A DNA stretch of 64,000 nucleotides from an uncultured Alphaproteobacteria bacterium (GCA_902525035.1 CABZFN010000001.1:70010-134009), one strand, 5' to 3'; positions 35,797-47,241 are shown, numbered from the stretch's first letter. Numbers and translations: made by a program. Notes: generated from the sequence alone by a model not told the origin.

Positions 35797-36404
35797 TAAT
35801 GTTTAAAAATATCTTGTTCAGACCAACCACTAATATCTAAATCGGTTCTATATTGAATGAAATCAAAACAGGCTTTGGCTAGTTTACTTCTTTTTTCTCT
35901 TAATAACATTTTATCAAGCTTATCTTTGATTTTATGTAAATATAAAACATCAGTAGCAGCATATTTTTGTTGTTCTTTAGTTAGCTCTCCACCCCAATCA
36001 GAAGACTGTTCAATTTTTGAAATTGATTTTCCTAATAATTCAATGCAAAGATCTTTATATCCATGTTTATCAGTATAAGTTCTAACTAATTTTGATGCAA
36101 TTTTAGTACAGTAAATGTTCTTAATATTAATTTTGAAGTTGTATTTGAATACTGCTACATCAAACCTAGCATAATGAAAAATTTTTTGAATTTTATCATT
36201 CTTAAGAATTTTAATTAAATTTAGAGGTTTTTCAGTAGATAAGTCAATTTTTATTAGATGACATACTTCATCACCATTGGAAATTTGGACTAAACATAAT
36301 TTATCTCTCTTGGGATTTAATCCCATTGTTTCACTATCCAATGCAATAATATCAGAAGCTTTAAAACTTGCTGGAAGATCTCCTGTATATAAATTTATTT
36401 TCAT
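35796..36404 (-). CDS. Short RNase D-like 3'-5' exonuclease (DEDDy domain only)
   Basis: 202 aa with Exo I (ALDSETMGL), Exo II (IFHYARFD) and Exo III (YAATDVLYL) motifs. Confidence 0.7.
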   Translation of the reverse strand: MKINLYTGDLPASFKASDIIALDSETMGLNPKRDKLCLVQISNGDEVCHLIKIDLSTEKPLNLIKILKNDKIQKIFHYARFDVAVFKYNFKINIKNIYCTKIASKLVRTYTDKHGYKDLCIELLGKSISKIEQSSDWGGELTKEQQKYAATDVLYLHKIKDKLDKMLLREKRSKLAKACFDFIQYRTDLDISGWSEQDIFKH

Positions 36405-36466
36405 TTTGATTTTATTACCTGTATAATTTATTTTTTTTCTCTATATCACTTATTTAATTAAAGGTC

Positions 36467-37372
36467 ATGAAATCAATAGTAATTTTTGGGGGCGCAGGTT
36501 ATGTAGGTAAACATTTAATAAGGCGTCTTACTAAAAATGGCCATAAAATTATTGTTCCATATCAAAGATATGTACAAGAAGCTAAAATTCGACTTTTGGG
36601 TGTAACAGGACAAGTAATTCCATTTCGTTATTCTTCATTAGAAGATAAAAGGCTTAAATCTGTTTTAAATAATGCTGACGCGTGTATTAATTTGAAAACT
36701 ACATATGATCAAAAGAAGGGTGATTTTAATAATACAATATATAAGTTTAATCAGAAACTTATTAGAATTTTAAAATCTAGTAATGAATTAAAACAATTCA
36801 TTCTTTTTTCTGGTCTTGGTGTAGATAATGATAAAAATTCCACAAGAAGCATAGCAGTGCATAAATCTGAAAAGGAAGCTTTTAAACAACTAGATAATGT
36901 AATTATTGTTAGACCTGGCGTTATCATAGGCGGAGGTGATATTTTCTTGAAAAGACTTTTGCCAATATTTAAGGCTTCATTTTTTGTCCCACTTTTTGGT
37001 GATGGTTCAACAAAATTCCAACCAGTATTTATTGATGATGTATCTCTAGCTGTTAATGAAATAATTAATTCTAAGATAAATGGAAAAAATATTTACGAGC
37101 TTGCTGGTCCAAGGATTTATACTTACAAAGAATTTTTTAATCATATTTCTAATTTTTTAAACAAAACTAGAGTTTTTGTTCCTGTTCCTATGGCAGTAAT
37201 GAAACCTATGATAAACATTGTTGAAAAAACACCATTTTCCCCTCTTACCTCAGAACAACTAATATTATTTGAAAAAGACAATCTTATTGAAAACGTTGAT
37301 AAATCATTCCTAAATCTTAATATTAATCCACAGGACACTCTACAAATACTTAAAAAAATTGTTGGTAATTAA
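36467..37372 (+). CDS. NAD(P)-binding SDR/epimerase family protein, complex I NDUFA9 (39 kDa)-like
   Basis: 301 aa with the Rossmann motif IFGGAGYVGKHL. Its length and pattern resemble alphaproteobacterial NDUFA9-like proteins. Confidence 0.6.
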   Translation: MKSIVIFGGAGYVGKHLIRRLTKNGHKIIVPYQRYVQEAKIRLLGVTGQVIPFRYSSLEDKRLKSVLNNADACINLKTTYDQKKGDFNNTIYKFNQKLIRILKSSNELKQFILFSGLGVDNDKNSTRSIAVHKSEKEAFKQLDNVIIVRPGVIIGGGDIFLKRLLPIFKASFFVPLFGDGSTKFQPVFIDDVSLAVNEIINSKINGKNIYELAGPRIYTYKEFFNHISNFLNKTRVFVPVPMAVMKPMINIVEKTPFSPLTSEQLILFEKDNLIENVDKSFLNLNINPQDTLQILKKIVGN

Positions 37373-37490
37373 GGGTTTTCTTAGTTTTAGTACATAAGTG
37401 GTACTATTATTACAAAATTATTATTTCCTTTTTCATCTTGAATGTGTATTTGGTTTGATCTAGATAAAATAGTAAACAAATGATAACTAA

Positions 37491-38936
37491 ATGCTAAAAT
37501 TTACAAAAATAAACAAGGAAAATCCTAGTAAAATATCTGCTAAAGAAAGGGTTAAATCATTTGATGAAATTTACGCTAAATATGCATCTCAAAAGGCAGA
37601 AGAACAAGCTTCTAGATGTTCTCAATGTGGTGTGCCTTTCTGCCAAGTTCATTGTCCTTTACACAATAATATTCCAGATTGGTTAAAACTAACTGCTGAG
37701 GATAGAATGCAAGAGGCATTTGAAATTTCCAGCTCTACAAATAACATGCCAGAAATTTGTGGACGTATATGTCCCCAAGATCGTTTGTGTGAAGGTAACT
37801 GTGTAATTGAACAATCTGGCCACGGTACTGTTACTATAGGATCGATAGAGAAATATATTACGGATAAAGCTTGGGAAGAAGGTTGGGTTAAAAATATAGA
37901 ACCAGTTGAAGAAAGAAACCAAAGCGTGGGAGTTATAGGTTCTGGCCCTGCTGGATTAGCTGCAGCAGAAGAACTTCGTAAAAAAGGATTTCAAGTTACA
38001 ATCTATGATCGCTACGACAGACCAGGTGGTCTTTTAATTTATGGTATTCCAAATTTTAAACTAGAAAAAGATATTGTTATAAGAAGAACAAATCGACTTA
38101 AAGAAAGTGGAATTAAGTTTGAATTAAATTGTGATATTGGCAAAGACATTACTTTTGATGATATTAAAATTAAGCATGATGCAGTTCTTATAGCTACTGG
38201 GGTTTACAAATTTAGAGAAATTAATCTGAATACATCTAATTTTAATAATGTTGTACCTGCCTTAGATTTTCTAATAGCAAGTAACAAGACTGGTTTAAAA
38301 GATAAAGTTCAAGATTTCACAAATGGCAGATTAAACGCAAATGGAAAAAATGTAGTTGTCATTGGTGGTGGTGACACTGCTATGGATTGCGTTAGAACAG
38401 CTGTAAGACAAGGAGCAAAATCTGTTAAGTGTCTCTACAGACGTGATAAAACAAATATGCCTGGTTCGCAAAGAGAGGTTCAAAACGCAATAGAAGAGGG
38501 TGTTGATTTTCAATGGTTGACTTTGCCAACTAAATATTTTGGAAATGGATCTTTAAAAAACGTCAGAACAGTTTTAATGCAACTCGGAGAACCAGATGAG
38601 TCAGGTAGAAGGAAGCCAGAGCCAAAAGTAGGTACAGAACAAGATCTGGATGTTGATTTGGCTATAGAAGCTCTGGGTTTTGAACCTGAAAATTTACCTA
38701 AGCTTTTTAATAATAACGACCTCACAGTTACTAGATGGGGTACACTAAAAATTAATTATAAAAATATGATGACATCTGTTGATGGAGTCTTTGCTGCTGG
38801 GGATATTGTTCGTGGTGCAAGTCTAGTTGTCTGGGGAATTAAAGATGGTCGCGATGCAGCAAAAAATATTAATGAATATTTAGAAAACAGTTTTGTTGAT
38901 AAAAATAATATTAATAAGAAAGCTGTAAATGCCTAA
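37491..38936 (+). CDS. gltD: Glutamate synthase (NADPH) small subunit
   Basis: 481 aa with Fe-S Cys clusters (CSQCGVPFCQ..CP) and two dinucleotide-binding motifs (VIGSGPAGLAAA, VVIGGGDTAMDC). Confidence 0.93.
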   Translation: MLKFTKINKENPSKISAKERVKSFDEIYAKYASQKAEEQASRCSQCGVPFCQVHCPLHNNIPDWLKLTAEDRMQEAFEISSSTNNMPEICGRICPQDRLCEGNCVIEQSGHGTVTIGSIEKYITDKAWEEGWVKNIEPVEERNQSVGVIGSGPAGLAAAEELRKKGFQVTIYDRYDRPGGLLIYGIPNFKLEKDIVIRRTNRLKESGIKFELNCDIGKDITFDDIKIKHDAVLIATGVYKFREINLNTSNFNNVVPALDFLIASNKTGLKDKVQDFTNGRLNANGKNVVVIGGGDTAMDCVRTAVRQGAKSVKCLYRRDKTNMPGSQREVQNAIEEGVDFQWLTLPTKYFGNGSLKNVRTVLMQLGEPDESGRRKPEPKVGTEQDLDVDLAIEALGFEPENLPKLFNNNDLTVTRWGTLKINYKNMMTSVDGVFAAGDIVRGASLVVWGIKDGRDAAKNINEYLENSFVDKNNINKKAVNA

Positions 38937-41900
38937 TCACTATATTGAAAAGTATAAAAAGGATAAGAAATTTCTAGAAGAAAATCACATTTATAATGAA
39001 CAAGATGAACATTCATCATGTGGTGTTGGATTAATAGCATCTTTAGATGGCTCTGAAACAAGAGAAATAGTCGAGTTAGGAGTTCAAGCCTTAAGAGTTT
39101 TGTATCACCGGGGAGCAGTTGATGCTGATGGTAAAACAGGTGATGGTGCAGGAATACAGTTATCCATACCAAAGAATTTTTTTACTCAACAAATAGAAAG
39201 AACTGGACACACTCCTAATGATTTCCCTTTTGGGGTTGGCATGATTTTTTTACCACGTACAGATTTCGTCGCCCAAGAAAATGCTCGAACAATTGTTGAA
39301 TCTGAAATAATTAAAGAAGGTTTGAAGATATATGGTTGGAGACACGTTCCAATTAGTTCATCCATTATTGGCGATAAAGCAAAAGCAACAAGACCTGAAA
39401 TAGAACAAATACTAATTTGTAATGAAGAACTAGAAGATGAAAAGGAATTTGACAATAAACTTTATATAATTAGAAAAAGAATTGAAAAAGAAATTAGAAA
39501 TCAAAATATTTCTGACTTTTATATTTGCTCACTTTCCTGTCAGTCTATTGTTTATAAAGGTATGTTTTTAGCAGAACAGCTTTCCAATTTTTATCCAGAT
39601 ATACAAAATGAGAATTTTATTTCTAAATATGCGGTTTATCACCAGCGTTATTCAACTAATACATTTCCTACCTGGTCTTTAGCACAGCCATTTAGAGTGA
39701 TTGCGCACAATGGTGAAATAAATACACTTAAAGGTAATAAAAATTGGATGGCTGCCCATGAGCCAAGAATGAAACATAAAAATTTTTTCAACAATGTAGA
39801 TGATTTAAAACCCATAATTGATGCTAAAGCGTCTGACTCTGCTGCATTAGATTCTACAATAGAGTTATTAGTGAAAGCTAATCGCTCTCTACCTATGGCT
39901 AAAATAATAACAATTCCAGAGGCCTGGTCCCATAGAAGAGATTTTCCAAAAAAAATAAAAGATTTATACGCTTATGGTGGAGCAGTTATGGAGCCATGGG
40001 ATGGTCCAGCAGCAATATGTGGTTCATACGGTGATTGGGCAATTGCTGGAATGGATAGAAACGGCCTTAGACCAATTAGATATACTCTAACAAAGAATCT
40101 TCTTATTGCTGGTTCTGAAACTGGAATGGTTGATATTAGAGAAAATGAAATAGTAGAAAGAGGTAGGGTAGGACCAGGTCAATTAATAGCAGTTAACTTT
40201 AAAGAGAAAAAATTCTTTAAAGATCACGAGATAAAAAAGTATTTGGCAGAAACAAAACCATTTGGTGATTGGACAAAAAAAATTACTTATATTGATAAAC
40301 TTGTTCAATCTGTTGATGAGGAGTTTAGAGATTTAGACTCTGGAGATCTACGAAAAAGAATGGCATGCTTTGCCTGGTCAGTAGAAGATATCGAATTAAT
40401 ACTTCATCCAATGATTGCTGAAAAAAAAGAAGCAACAGGATCTATGGGAGACGATACTCCATTAGCTGTGCTCTCAAATAAATACAGAGGACTCCATCAC
40501 TTTTTTAGACAAAACTTTAGTCAAGTTACAAACCCACCGATTGACTCATTAAGAGAAAGAGTTGTAATGAGTCTTCGAACTAGAATTGGAAACTTAAGTA
40601 ATATTCTTGATGAAGATGAAGACCAATGCGATCACTTACAATTGAGCTCCCCTGTTCTTTCAATTGAGCAATTCAAGTCTATGCGTAGATATATGAAAGA
40701 TACTGTAAAAATAATTGACACTACAATGGATAAAACAAATCCTGAAAATAATTTTGAGACAGAAATTTCAAGAATAAACCGAGAAGCAGAACAAGCCGTT
40801 AGAGAAGGGTATGTTCATATAATTTTAAGTGATAAAGAAATGTCTAAAACAAGAATAGCTCTTCCTATGATATTAGTTACAAGTTCTGTTCATCATCATT
40901 TAATTAAACAAAATCTTCGAACTTTTATTTCCTTAAATGTTCAATCTGCAGAATGTTTAGATGTACAATATTTTGCAGTGCTTATAGGAGTAGGAGCAAC
41001 AAGTGTGAATGCATATATGGCACAACAAGCCATAGCGGAAAGACATAAAAAGGGATTATTCAAAAATCTCTCATACGAAGAGTGTGTAGAAAGATTCATT
41101 AATTCCATAAATAATGGTTTGCTTAAGACTATGAGTAAGATGGGAATATCAGTGATTAATTCATATCGAGGTGGTTGTAATTTTGAAGCGATTGGACTCA
41201 GTAGAAATTTAATGAGCAAATATTTCCCTTCTATGAGTTCTAAAATATCTGGTATCGGAATCAGCGGTATTGAAAGAAGATCAAGATTAGCTCATGATAA
41301 AGCTTATGAAGAAAGTGTTATTACATTGCCGATTGGAGGAAACTATCGCTACAGATTTGGGGGAGAAAAACATGCTTTTGAAGCAAGATCAATTCATATG
41401 CTTCAAACTGCAGTAACTTCTAATAATTATTCTTTATTTAAAAAATATTCTTCGATAATTGATGAAATGGATCCTATAAATATTCGTGATCTTTTAGACT
41501 TCAAAAAGATTAACGATAACAATAATTCAAACATGGTAGAATCTTCTCAAGAAATTAGAAAAAGACTGGTTGCACCAGGCATATCACTTGGAGCCTTAAG
41601 TCCAGAAGCGCACGAAACTCTTTCTGTAGCAATGAATAGAATAGGAGCTAAATCAGATTCAGGTGAGGGTGGTGAAGATCCAATTAGATTTAAACCCAAG
41701 CCAAATGGAGATAACGCATCATCAAAAATTAAACAAATTGCAAGCGGTCGATTTGGTGTAACCGCGGAGTATTTAAATAATTGTGAAGAAATTGAAATTA
41801 AAGTTGCACAAGGTGCAAAACCTGGTGAGGGTGGACAATTGCCAGGAGGAAAAGTTACAGAATTAATTGCTAAATTGAGACATTCAACTGAGGGTGTGAC

Positions 41901-43446
41901 GCTTATTAGTCCTCCTCCTCATCATGATATTTATTCTATCGAAGATTTAGCTCAGCTGATTTACGATTTGAAACAAATAAATCCAAAAGCTAAAGTATGT
42001 GTTAAGTTAGTTGCTCAGTCAGGTATTGGAACAGTTGCAGCTGGTGTAGCAAAAGCAAAAGCTGATACTATACTCATTTCTGGTCACAATGGTGGAACTG
42101 GAGCAAGCCCACAAACAAGTATTAAGTATGCAGGACTTCCTTGGGAACTTGGATTAAGTGAAGTACATCAAGTTCTATCTCTAAATAACTTAAGGGATAA
42201 AGTTGTTCTTAGAACTGACGGAGGTTTGAAAACGGGAAAAGATATTGTTATTGCAGCTATGCTTGGGGCAGAAGAATATGGAATTGGAACAGCAAGTTTA
42301 GTTGCTATGGGTTGTATAATGGTTAGACAATGTCATTCAAATACTTGCCCTGTCGGAGTTTGCTCACAAGATGAAAAACTTAGAGAAAAATTTACCGGAA
42401 CACCAGAAAAAGTAATTAATCTTTTTAGTTTTATTGCTGACGAAGTAAGAGATATTTTAGGATCACTTGGCTTTTCTTCTCTTGATGAAGTAGTTGGAAG
42501 ATCTGATCTTTTATATCAAGTCAGTAGAGGGAGTTCTGATCTTGATGATTTAGATTTAAATCCAATTATTCAAACCATTGATTCATCAGTTGGAGAATTC
42601 GATATAAAGAAAAATACAATTAATAAAGTTAGTGATAGTCTTGATATTAAAATCATAGAGGATGCTAAGTCTTTCTTTGAAACAGATCAAAAAATTGAAC
42701 TAAACTATAATATAAAAAATACTGACAGAGCTATTGGTACAAGACTTGCATCAGAAATTACTACTACAAAAGGAATGAGTTCTCTTCCAGAGGATTTCTT
42801 TACTGTTAACTTTCATGGTTCTGCTGGGCAATCTTTTGGAGCATGGAGTGTCCAAGGAACTACTCTAAAAGTTTTTGGTGACGCCAACGATTATGTTGCA
42901 AAAGGATTATCAGGTGGTAAAATTGTTATTCAACCAAGCTCATCTTCACAACTAAAAACAAACAAAAATGTTATCATTGGGAATACCGTTCTATATGGAG
43001 CAACACGCGGTAAACTTTTTGCAGCTGGAACTGCTGGTGATAGATTTGCTGTTAGAAACTCTGGCGCACATGCTGTTATTGAAGGATGTGGTGATAACGG
43101 ATGTGAATATATGACTGGAGGAAGCGCAGTTATTCTTGGTGAAGTAGGAAATAATTTTGGCGCCGGAATGACTGGAGGTATGGCATTTGTGTACGATAAA
43201 GAAGGAACTCTACCACTTCGAATTAATCTTGAAGATATTTTTTATCAACAACAAATGACAAATTATTGGGAAAAAATTTTATATCAAAAAATTGAAGAAC
43301 ATATCAAGGAAACAAATTCAATTTACGCAAAAAATTTACTCCAAAATTGGGAAAATGAGAAATTACTCTTCTGGCAGATTGTACCAAAGGAAATGATCAA
43401 TAAATTTGATCAACCTGTATTAATTCAAGAAGAAAAATCTGCTTAG
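38929..43446 (+). CDS. gltB: Glutamate synthase large subunit
   Basis: 1505 aa with the N-terminal Ntn amidotransferase Cys (SSCGVG), the FMN/3Fe-4S domain (CHSNTCPVG) and the C-terminal GXGXG beta-helix domain. 8-nt overlap with gltD. Confidence 0.97.
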   Translation: MPNHYIEKYKKDKKFLEENHIYNEQDEHSSCGVGLIASLDGSETREIVELGVQALRVLYHRGAVDADGKTGDGAGIQLSIPKNFFTQQIERTGHTPNDFPFGVGMIFLPRTDFVAQENARTIVESEIIKEGLKIYGWRHVPISSSIIGDKAKATRPEIEQILICNEELEDEKEFDNKLYIIRKRIEKEIRNQNISDFYICSLSCQSIVYKGMFLAEQLSNFYPDIQNENFISKYAVYHQRYSTNTFPTWSLAQPFRVIAHNGEINTLKGNKNWMAAHEPRMKHKNFFNNVDDLKPIIDAKASDSAALDSTIELLVKANRSLPMAKIITIPEAWSHRRDFPKKIKDLYAYGGAVMEPWDGPAAICGSYGDWAIAGMDRNGLRPIRYTLTKNLLIAGSETGMVDIRENEIVERGRVGPGQLIAVNFKEKKFFKDHEIKKYLAETKPFGDWTKKITYIDKLVQSVDEEFRDLDSGDLRKRMACFAWSVEDIELILHPMIAEKKEATGSMGDDTPLAVLSNKYRGLHHFFRQNFSQVTNPPIDSLRERVVMSLRTRIGNLSNILDEDEDQCDHLQLSSPVLSIEQFKSMRRYMKDTVKIIDTTMDKTNPENNFETEISRINREAEQAVREGYVHIILSDKEMSKTRIALPMILVTSSVHHHLIKQNLRTFISLNVQSAECLDVQYFAVLIGVGATSVNAYMAQQAIAERHKKGLFKNLSYEECVERFINSINNGLLKTMSKMGISVINSYRGGCNFEAIGLSRNLMSKYFPSMSSKISGIGISGIERRSRLAHDKAYEESVITLPIGGNYRYRFGGEKHAFEARSIHMLQTAVTSNNYSLFKKYSSIIDEMDPINIRDLLDFKKINDNNNSNMVESSQEIRKRLVAPGISLGALSPEAHETLSVAMNRIGAKSDSGEGGEDPIRFKPKPNGDNASSKIKQIASGRFGVTAEYLNNCEEIEIKVAQGAKPGEGGQLPGGKVTELIAKLRHSTEGVTLISPPPHHDIYSIEDLAQLIYDLKQINPKAKVCVKLVAQSGIGTVAAGVAKAKADTILISGHNGGTGASPQTSIKYAGLPWELGLSEVHQVLSLNNLRDKVVLRTDGGLKTGKDIVIAAMLGAEEYGIGTASLVAMGCIMVRQCHSNTCPVGVCSQDEKLREKFTGTPEKVINLFSFIADEVRDILGSLGFSSLDEVVGRSDLLYQVSRGSSDLDDLDLNPIIQTIDSSVGEFDIKKNTINKVSDSLDIKIIEDAKSFFETDQKIELNYNIKNTDRAIGTRLASEITTTKGMSSLPEDFFTVNFHGSAGQSFGAWSVQGTTLKVFGDANDYVAKGLSGGKIVIQPSSSSQLKTNKNVIIGNTVLYGATRGKLFAAGTAGDRFAVRNSGAHAVIEGCGDNGCEYMTGGSAVILGEVGNNFGAGMTGGMAFVYDKEGTLPLRINLEDIFYQQQMTNYWEKILYQKIEEHIKETNSIYAKNLLQNWENEKLLFWQIVPKEMINKFDQPVLIQEEKSA

Positions 43447-44174
43447 TTTTTTATTATTGATTGAATAGAATCATTTATTGTTTTTAAATCAAATAGATCA
43501 GATAATCGATGATCACTATTTTTTAATAATTTAATTTGTATTTTATCTCCTTTAATTTTTTTTACTATTTTTTCAGGAACATCTGGAGTGACAACATTAT
43601 CTTTTAGGCCTTGTATTAAAATTAAAGGCTTATTCCATTTGAATTCTTTATCTAAAATTTTATTTTTTCTACCGTCAACAATATATTTCTTTTTTATAAG
43701 ATAACTAAACCCAAAGGATGAATATTTGATAATTCCCCTTTTCTTCATTTCTTGTTTTTTCTTTAAAGGGAGTTTTTTATAAAACTCATCGATATAATCA
43801 GGTGCTGCTGCTAAACCAATTAATCCAGCAATTCTTTTTGGTCTTGCTTTGGCAGCTAAAAACATTAACCATCCACCCATGCTACTACCAACAAGTATTT
43901 GTGGTCCTTTGGCAATATTATCAATGATGTCAATTAAGTCTTTCTTCCAATCTGAAATTGTAAAATCTTCAAATTTTCCATCAGATTTACCATGACCACG
44001 GCATTCAAAACGGATAAACCGCAATTTATTTTTTCGAGCAAATCTTTCTAAAGACAAAGCTTTTTGACCACTCATATCTGAGTTAAGCCCATGGATAAAG
44101 ATAATACCAGGCCCCTTACCTTTTATGAATTTATAGCGAATTCTTTCTTTTTTCTTATTAATAAAGTAAGGCAT
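43443..44174 (-). CDS. Alpha/beta-fold hydrolase
   Basis: 243 aa with an HG oxyanion motif (FIHGL), a nucleophile elbow GSSMGG and a C-terminal DH. Confidence 0.7.
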   Translation of the reverse strand: MPYFINKKKERIRYKFIKGKGPGIIFIHGLNSDMSGQKALSLERFARKNKLRFIRFECRGHGKSDGKFEDFTISDWKKDLIDIIDNIAKGPQILVGSSMGGWLMFLAAKARPKRIAGLIGLAAAPDYIDEFYKKLPLKKKQEMKKRGIIKYSSFGFSYLIKKKYIVDGRKNKILDKEFKWNKPLILIQGLKDNVVTPDVPEKIVKKIKGDKIQIKLLKNSDHRLSDLFDLKTINDSIQSIIKN

Positions 44175-44204
44175 CTTTGATACAAATACTTATATTTTAA
44201 TAAA

Positions 44205-45332
44205 ATGTCATCATTTAATGTCGCTCAAATTCTTCCCTCTTTAGATTCTGGTGGTGTCGAAAGAGGAACTATTGAAGTCGCAAATTATTTATCTGAATTA
44301 AATTTAAAAAATAATATTATCTCAAATGGAGGGCGTTTAATTAAGGAAATTGATAAAAATTATACTGATCATTTTCAATTACCAGTTAACTCAAAAAATT
44401 TTTTTATTTATCCATTAATTGCTAATCAGTTAAAAAAATTAATTATTACTCAAAATATTAATGTTGTTCATGTACGATCAAGAGCACCAGCATGGATGTT
44501 AAGTTTTATAAAAAATAGAAACTTCAAAACAATATCTACATTTCATAATGTATATAGTGGTAATTCTTATTTTAAAAAAATCTATAATAAGCAATTGTCC
44601 AAAGTTGATCAGATTGTTGCGATTTCAAATTATGTAAAAAATGAAATTAGTAAAAAATACAATTTGGATTCAAATAAAATTAAAGTAATCAATAGAGGAG
44701 TTGATGTTCAATATTTTGAAAAACCAATTTTAGATTCTCAAATAGAAAGTATAATAAATAAGTATCAAATCGATACCTCAAAAAATATTATTCTATATCC
44801 TGCAAGGTTAACAAACTGGAAAGGTCAAATTGAGTTTTTAGATGTATTTAATAAGATGCAAAATGATAATTTTTTACTTTATTTTGCAGGTGATACAAAA
44901 AATCAATCTTATACAGAGAAATTACAAAATAAAATTCAAAGTTTTAACCTTAGTCATAAATGTAAGATTATAGGTAATTTACTTAGAGATGATTTGAAAA
45001 CTTTATATTACCTATCATCAATTATTACCTCTTTTCCTTTACAAGCTGAAGGCTTTGGAAGAACTACAACTGAAGCGTTAATAATGAAAAAAAAGATACT
45101 GACTTTTAACTATGGTGGTGTCAAGGATCAGCTTGATAAATTAGATGATATTTATAAAGTAGATCCTAATAAATATAATGAAATAGATATAAAACTTCAA
45201 AATATTATAAAAATGAATAAAGAAAAATTTTCTAATATTTCTTTAGATAGTAAAGAATACATATCAAAAAAATTTTCAAAATATCAAATGGTACAAAGTT
45301 ACGTAGACCTATATGAACAGCAATCAATTTAA
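44205..45332 (+). CDS. Family 4 glycosyltransferase (LPS core/envelope glycan)
   Basis: 375 aa with the GT4 E-x7-E motif (EGFGRTTTEAL) and an N-terminal GG.E motif. Confidence 0.75.
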   Translation: MSSFNVAQILPSLDSGGVERGTIEVANYLSELNLKNNIISNGGRLIKEIDKNYTDHFQLPVNSKNFFIYPLIANQLKKLIITQNINVVHVRSRAPAWMLSFIKNRNFKTISTFHNVYSGNSYFKKIYNKQLSKVDQIVAISNYVKNEISKKYNLDSNKIKVINRGVDVQYFEKPILDSQIESIINKYQIDTSKNIILYPARLTNWKGQIEFLDVFNKMQNDNFLLYFAGDTKNQSYTEKLQNKIQSFNLSHKCKIIGNLLRDDLKTLYYLSSIITSFPLQAEGFGRTTTEALIMKKKILTFNYGGVKDQLDKLDDIYKVDPNKYNEIDIKLQNIIKMNKEKFSNISLDSKEYISKKFSKYQMVQSYVDLYEQQSI

Positions 45333-46248
45333 CAAAATACTAGTTGTAAAGCATGGATCACTTGGTGATATTGCATTTTCTATACTTGCCATGGCATCGA
45401 TTAAGCAATTTTTTAGTAATGCCACTATTGACCTACTCACTGAAGAAAAATACGTAAATTTTTTAAGCAATTCAAATTATTTTAATTCGATTTTTAAAGA
45501 TAATAGAAAAGGAATAATAGATTCACTAAATGTAATATTAAAAATTAATCAAAATAAATATGATCTTATCATAGATTTACAGAACTCTAAAAGAACAAAT
45601 AATTATTGGTCATTCTTAAAATTTATTTCAAAAGTAAAAGTTAACGGATCTCGTTCTAATTGTGATATTCAATATGTAATTCCTCCTCAAGGAACTGAAT
45701 CTCCACAACAAGGTTTGTACAATCAACTAAAGTTACTTGGAGTAAAAGAAATCAATCAAAATGTAGATTGGCTTTACAAAGATTTTATGGCAATTAATAA
45801 AGACAAAATAATCTTAATGATACCTGGTGTTTCTAAATCAGGTAAAGACAAGCAATGGTCACCTGATAAATTTGCAATACTTGCAAGTACTCTAGAAAAA
45901 AAAGGATATAATATTTGTGTTATTGGGCAAAAATCAGATAAAGAAACAATAGAAAAGATCAATAATGCATGTCAGAAGGTTATTGATTTAAGCGATAAAT
46001 CACCTCCTGAAATCATTTACTCCGTTGCTAAGAAAAGTAATTTTATAATTAGTAATGATACTGGTCCAGGTCATATAGCAGCTCTAAGTAATTCACCTAT
46101 TCTTTTTTTAGCCAAAGATAATGTTATCTCAAAATCAAATTTGTCTGAATATAAAAATGCTCATACAATCCTGACTGATACAATGGACTCAATTTCAGTA
46201 AAACAAGTTTTAGATTTTTTATACAATAGTAAATTAACTAATAAATGA
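45313..46248 (+). CDS. Family 9 glycosyltransferase (heptosyltransferase-like)
   Basis: 311 aa with KHGSLGDI at the N-terminus and NDTGPGHIAA near the C-terminus, as in GT9. Confidence 0.75.
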   Translation: MNSNQFNKILVVKHGSLGDIAFSILAMASIKQFFSNATIDLLTEEKYVNFLSNSNYFNSIFKDNRKGIIDSLNVILKINQNKYDLIIDLQNSKRTNNYWSFLKFISKVKVNGSRSNCDIQYVIPPQGTESPQQGLYNQLKLLGVKEINQNVDWLYKDFMAINKDKIILMIPGVSKSGKDKQWSPDKFAILASTLEKKGYNICVIGQKSDKETIEKINNACQKVIDLSDKSPPEIIYSVAKKSNFIISNDTGPGHIAALSNSPILFLAKDNVISKSNLSEYKNAHTILTDTMDSISVKQVLDFLYNSKLTNK

Positions 46249-47241
46249 AAATAATTCTTTTACTAAATTTTGGTTGTTAGAGAATAGTTTAGTATATTTT
46301 TTCCTCCACGGTGCATATTCTTCTGCAATCATAACTGGAACATTATCTGAATCATAAATAACACAAAGTTTCGCTTCAGAAAGTGATGCAATATGTGTGC
46401 ATCCACTTTCAGGTGTAATTACATATGTTGAAGAATTTATTATTGATGTCCAATTATCAAAATTTAATTGATCTAAGATTAAAACATTATTTATACTTTT
46501 AAGATTTTCAAACTCTTCATTAGTAATAATCTCATATTTTTTAAATATTTCATAGAATACATTTTTTGATGTTCCATCAGTTGTCATTACAATATTGATT
46601 TTCAATTTTTTAAGATTGTCTAATAGATTGATAAAGTTTTCTTCTGAAAAATATTTATTGATCCATTTTGAAGATAAATGAATTAAGCATAATTTTTTAG
46701 AACTTAATTCTATTTTATTAAATCTAAATTCATTCTTAATCTCTGGGGTATTATTATAATTTAATCCGTTTTTAGTAACCAACTCCATCATAATTTTTGT
46801 TTGATGAATCGGGATTTTTTTTGAATATCTTAATTGGCGATCGATAATTAAGCAGTGATTAAAAAAGATTTTACCTAAAATTCTATCAAAAAATTTACTC
46901 ATGTAATTATTTTTGTATCGAGATTTAAAAATTAACAATGACTTTATTTTACTTTTAGAAAAAATTGATATTAATATACTGTTTATACCAGGACTAAATG
47001 TGAAAATATAATCATAATTTTCGTTTCTTAATTTTGAAATTATTTTTAAGACTTGATAAAATTTATTTTCAAGTAAAAAAGTTTTGTTAATAAATTTATA
47101 GTTTTTACATATTTTTTGATTTTTTTTAGAACATACAATATCAATTTTATAATCCTGATTAGCTTCTTTTAGCCCTTGAACAACTGGAAGAGTAAGGATC
47201 ATATCTCCCATTTTATCATTTCTAACTAAACAAATTTTCAT
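46234..47241 (-). CDS. Family 9 glycosyltransferase (heptosyltransferase-like), divergent
   Basis: 335 aa with N-terminal RNDKMGDMILTLP and a C-terminal PESGCTHIA motif. Convergent 15-nt overlap with the preceding GT9 gene. Confidence 0.6.
   Translation of the reverse strand: MKICLVRNDKMGDMILTLPVVQGLKEANQDYKIDIVCSKKNQKICKNYKFINKTFLLENKFYQVLKIISKLRNENYDYIFTFSPGINSILISIFSKSKIKSLLIFKSRYKNNYMSKFFDRILGKIFFNHCLIIDRQLRYSKKIPIHQTKIMMELVTKNGLNYNNTPEIKNEFRFNKIELSSKKLCLIHLSSKWINKYFSEENFINLLDNLKKLKINIVMTTDGTSKNVFYEIFKKYEIITNEEFENLKSINNVLILDQLNFDNWTSIINSSTYVITPESGCTHIASLSEAKLCVIYDSDNVPVMIAEEYAPWRKKYTKLFSNNQNLVKELFSFIS

Noticed and set aside
37389-37405. Small inverted repeat agtac-ataagtg-gtact after the NDUFA9-like gene, considered as an intrinsic terminator or a gltD regulatory site.
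   Set aside because: It is a 5-bp AT-rich stem with no following U-tract. That is too weak to call in AT-rich DNA.
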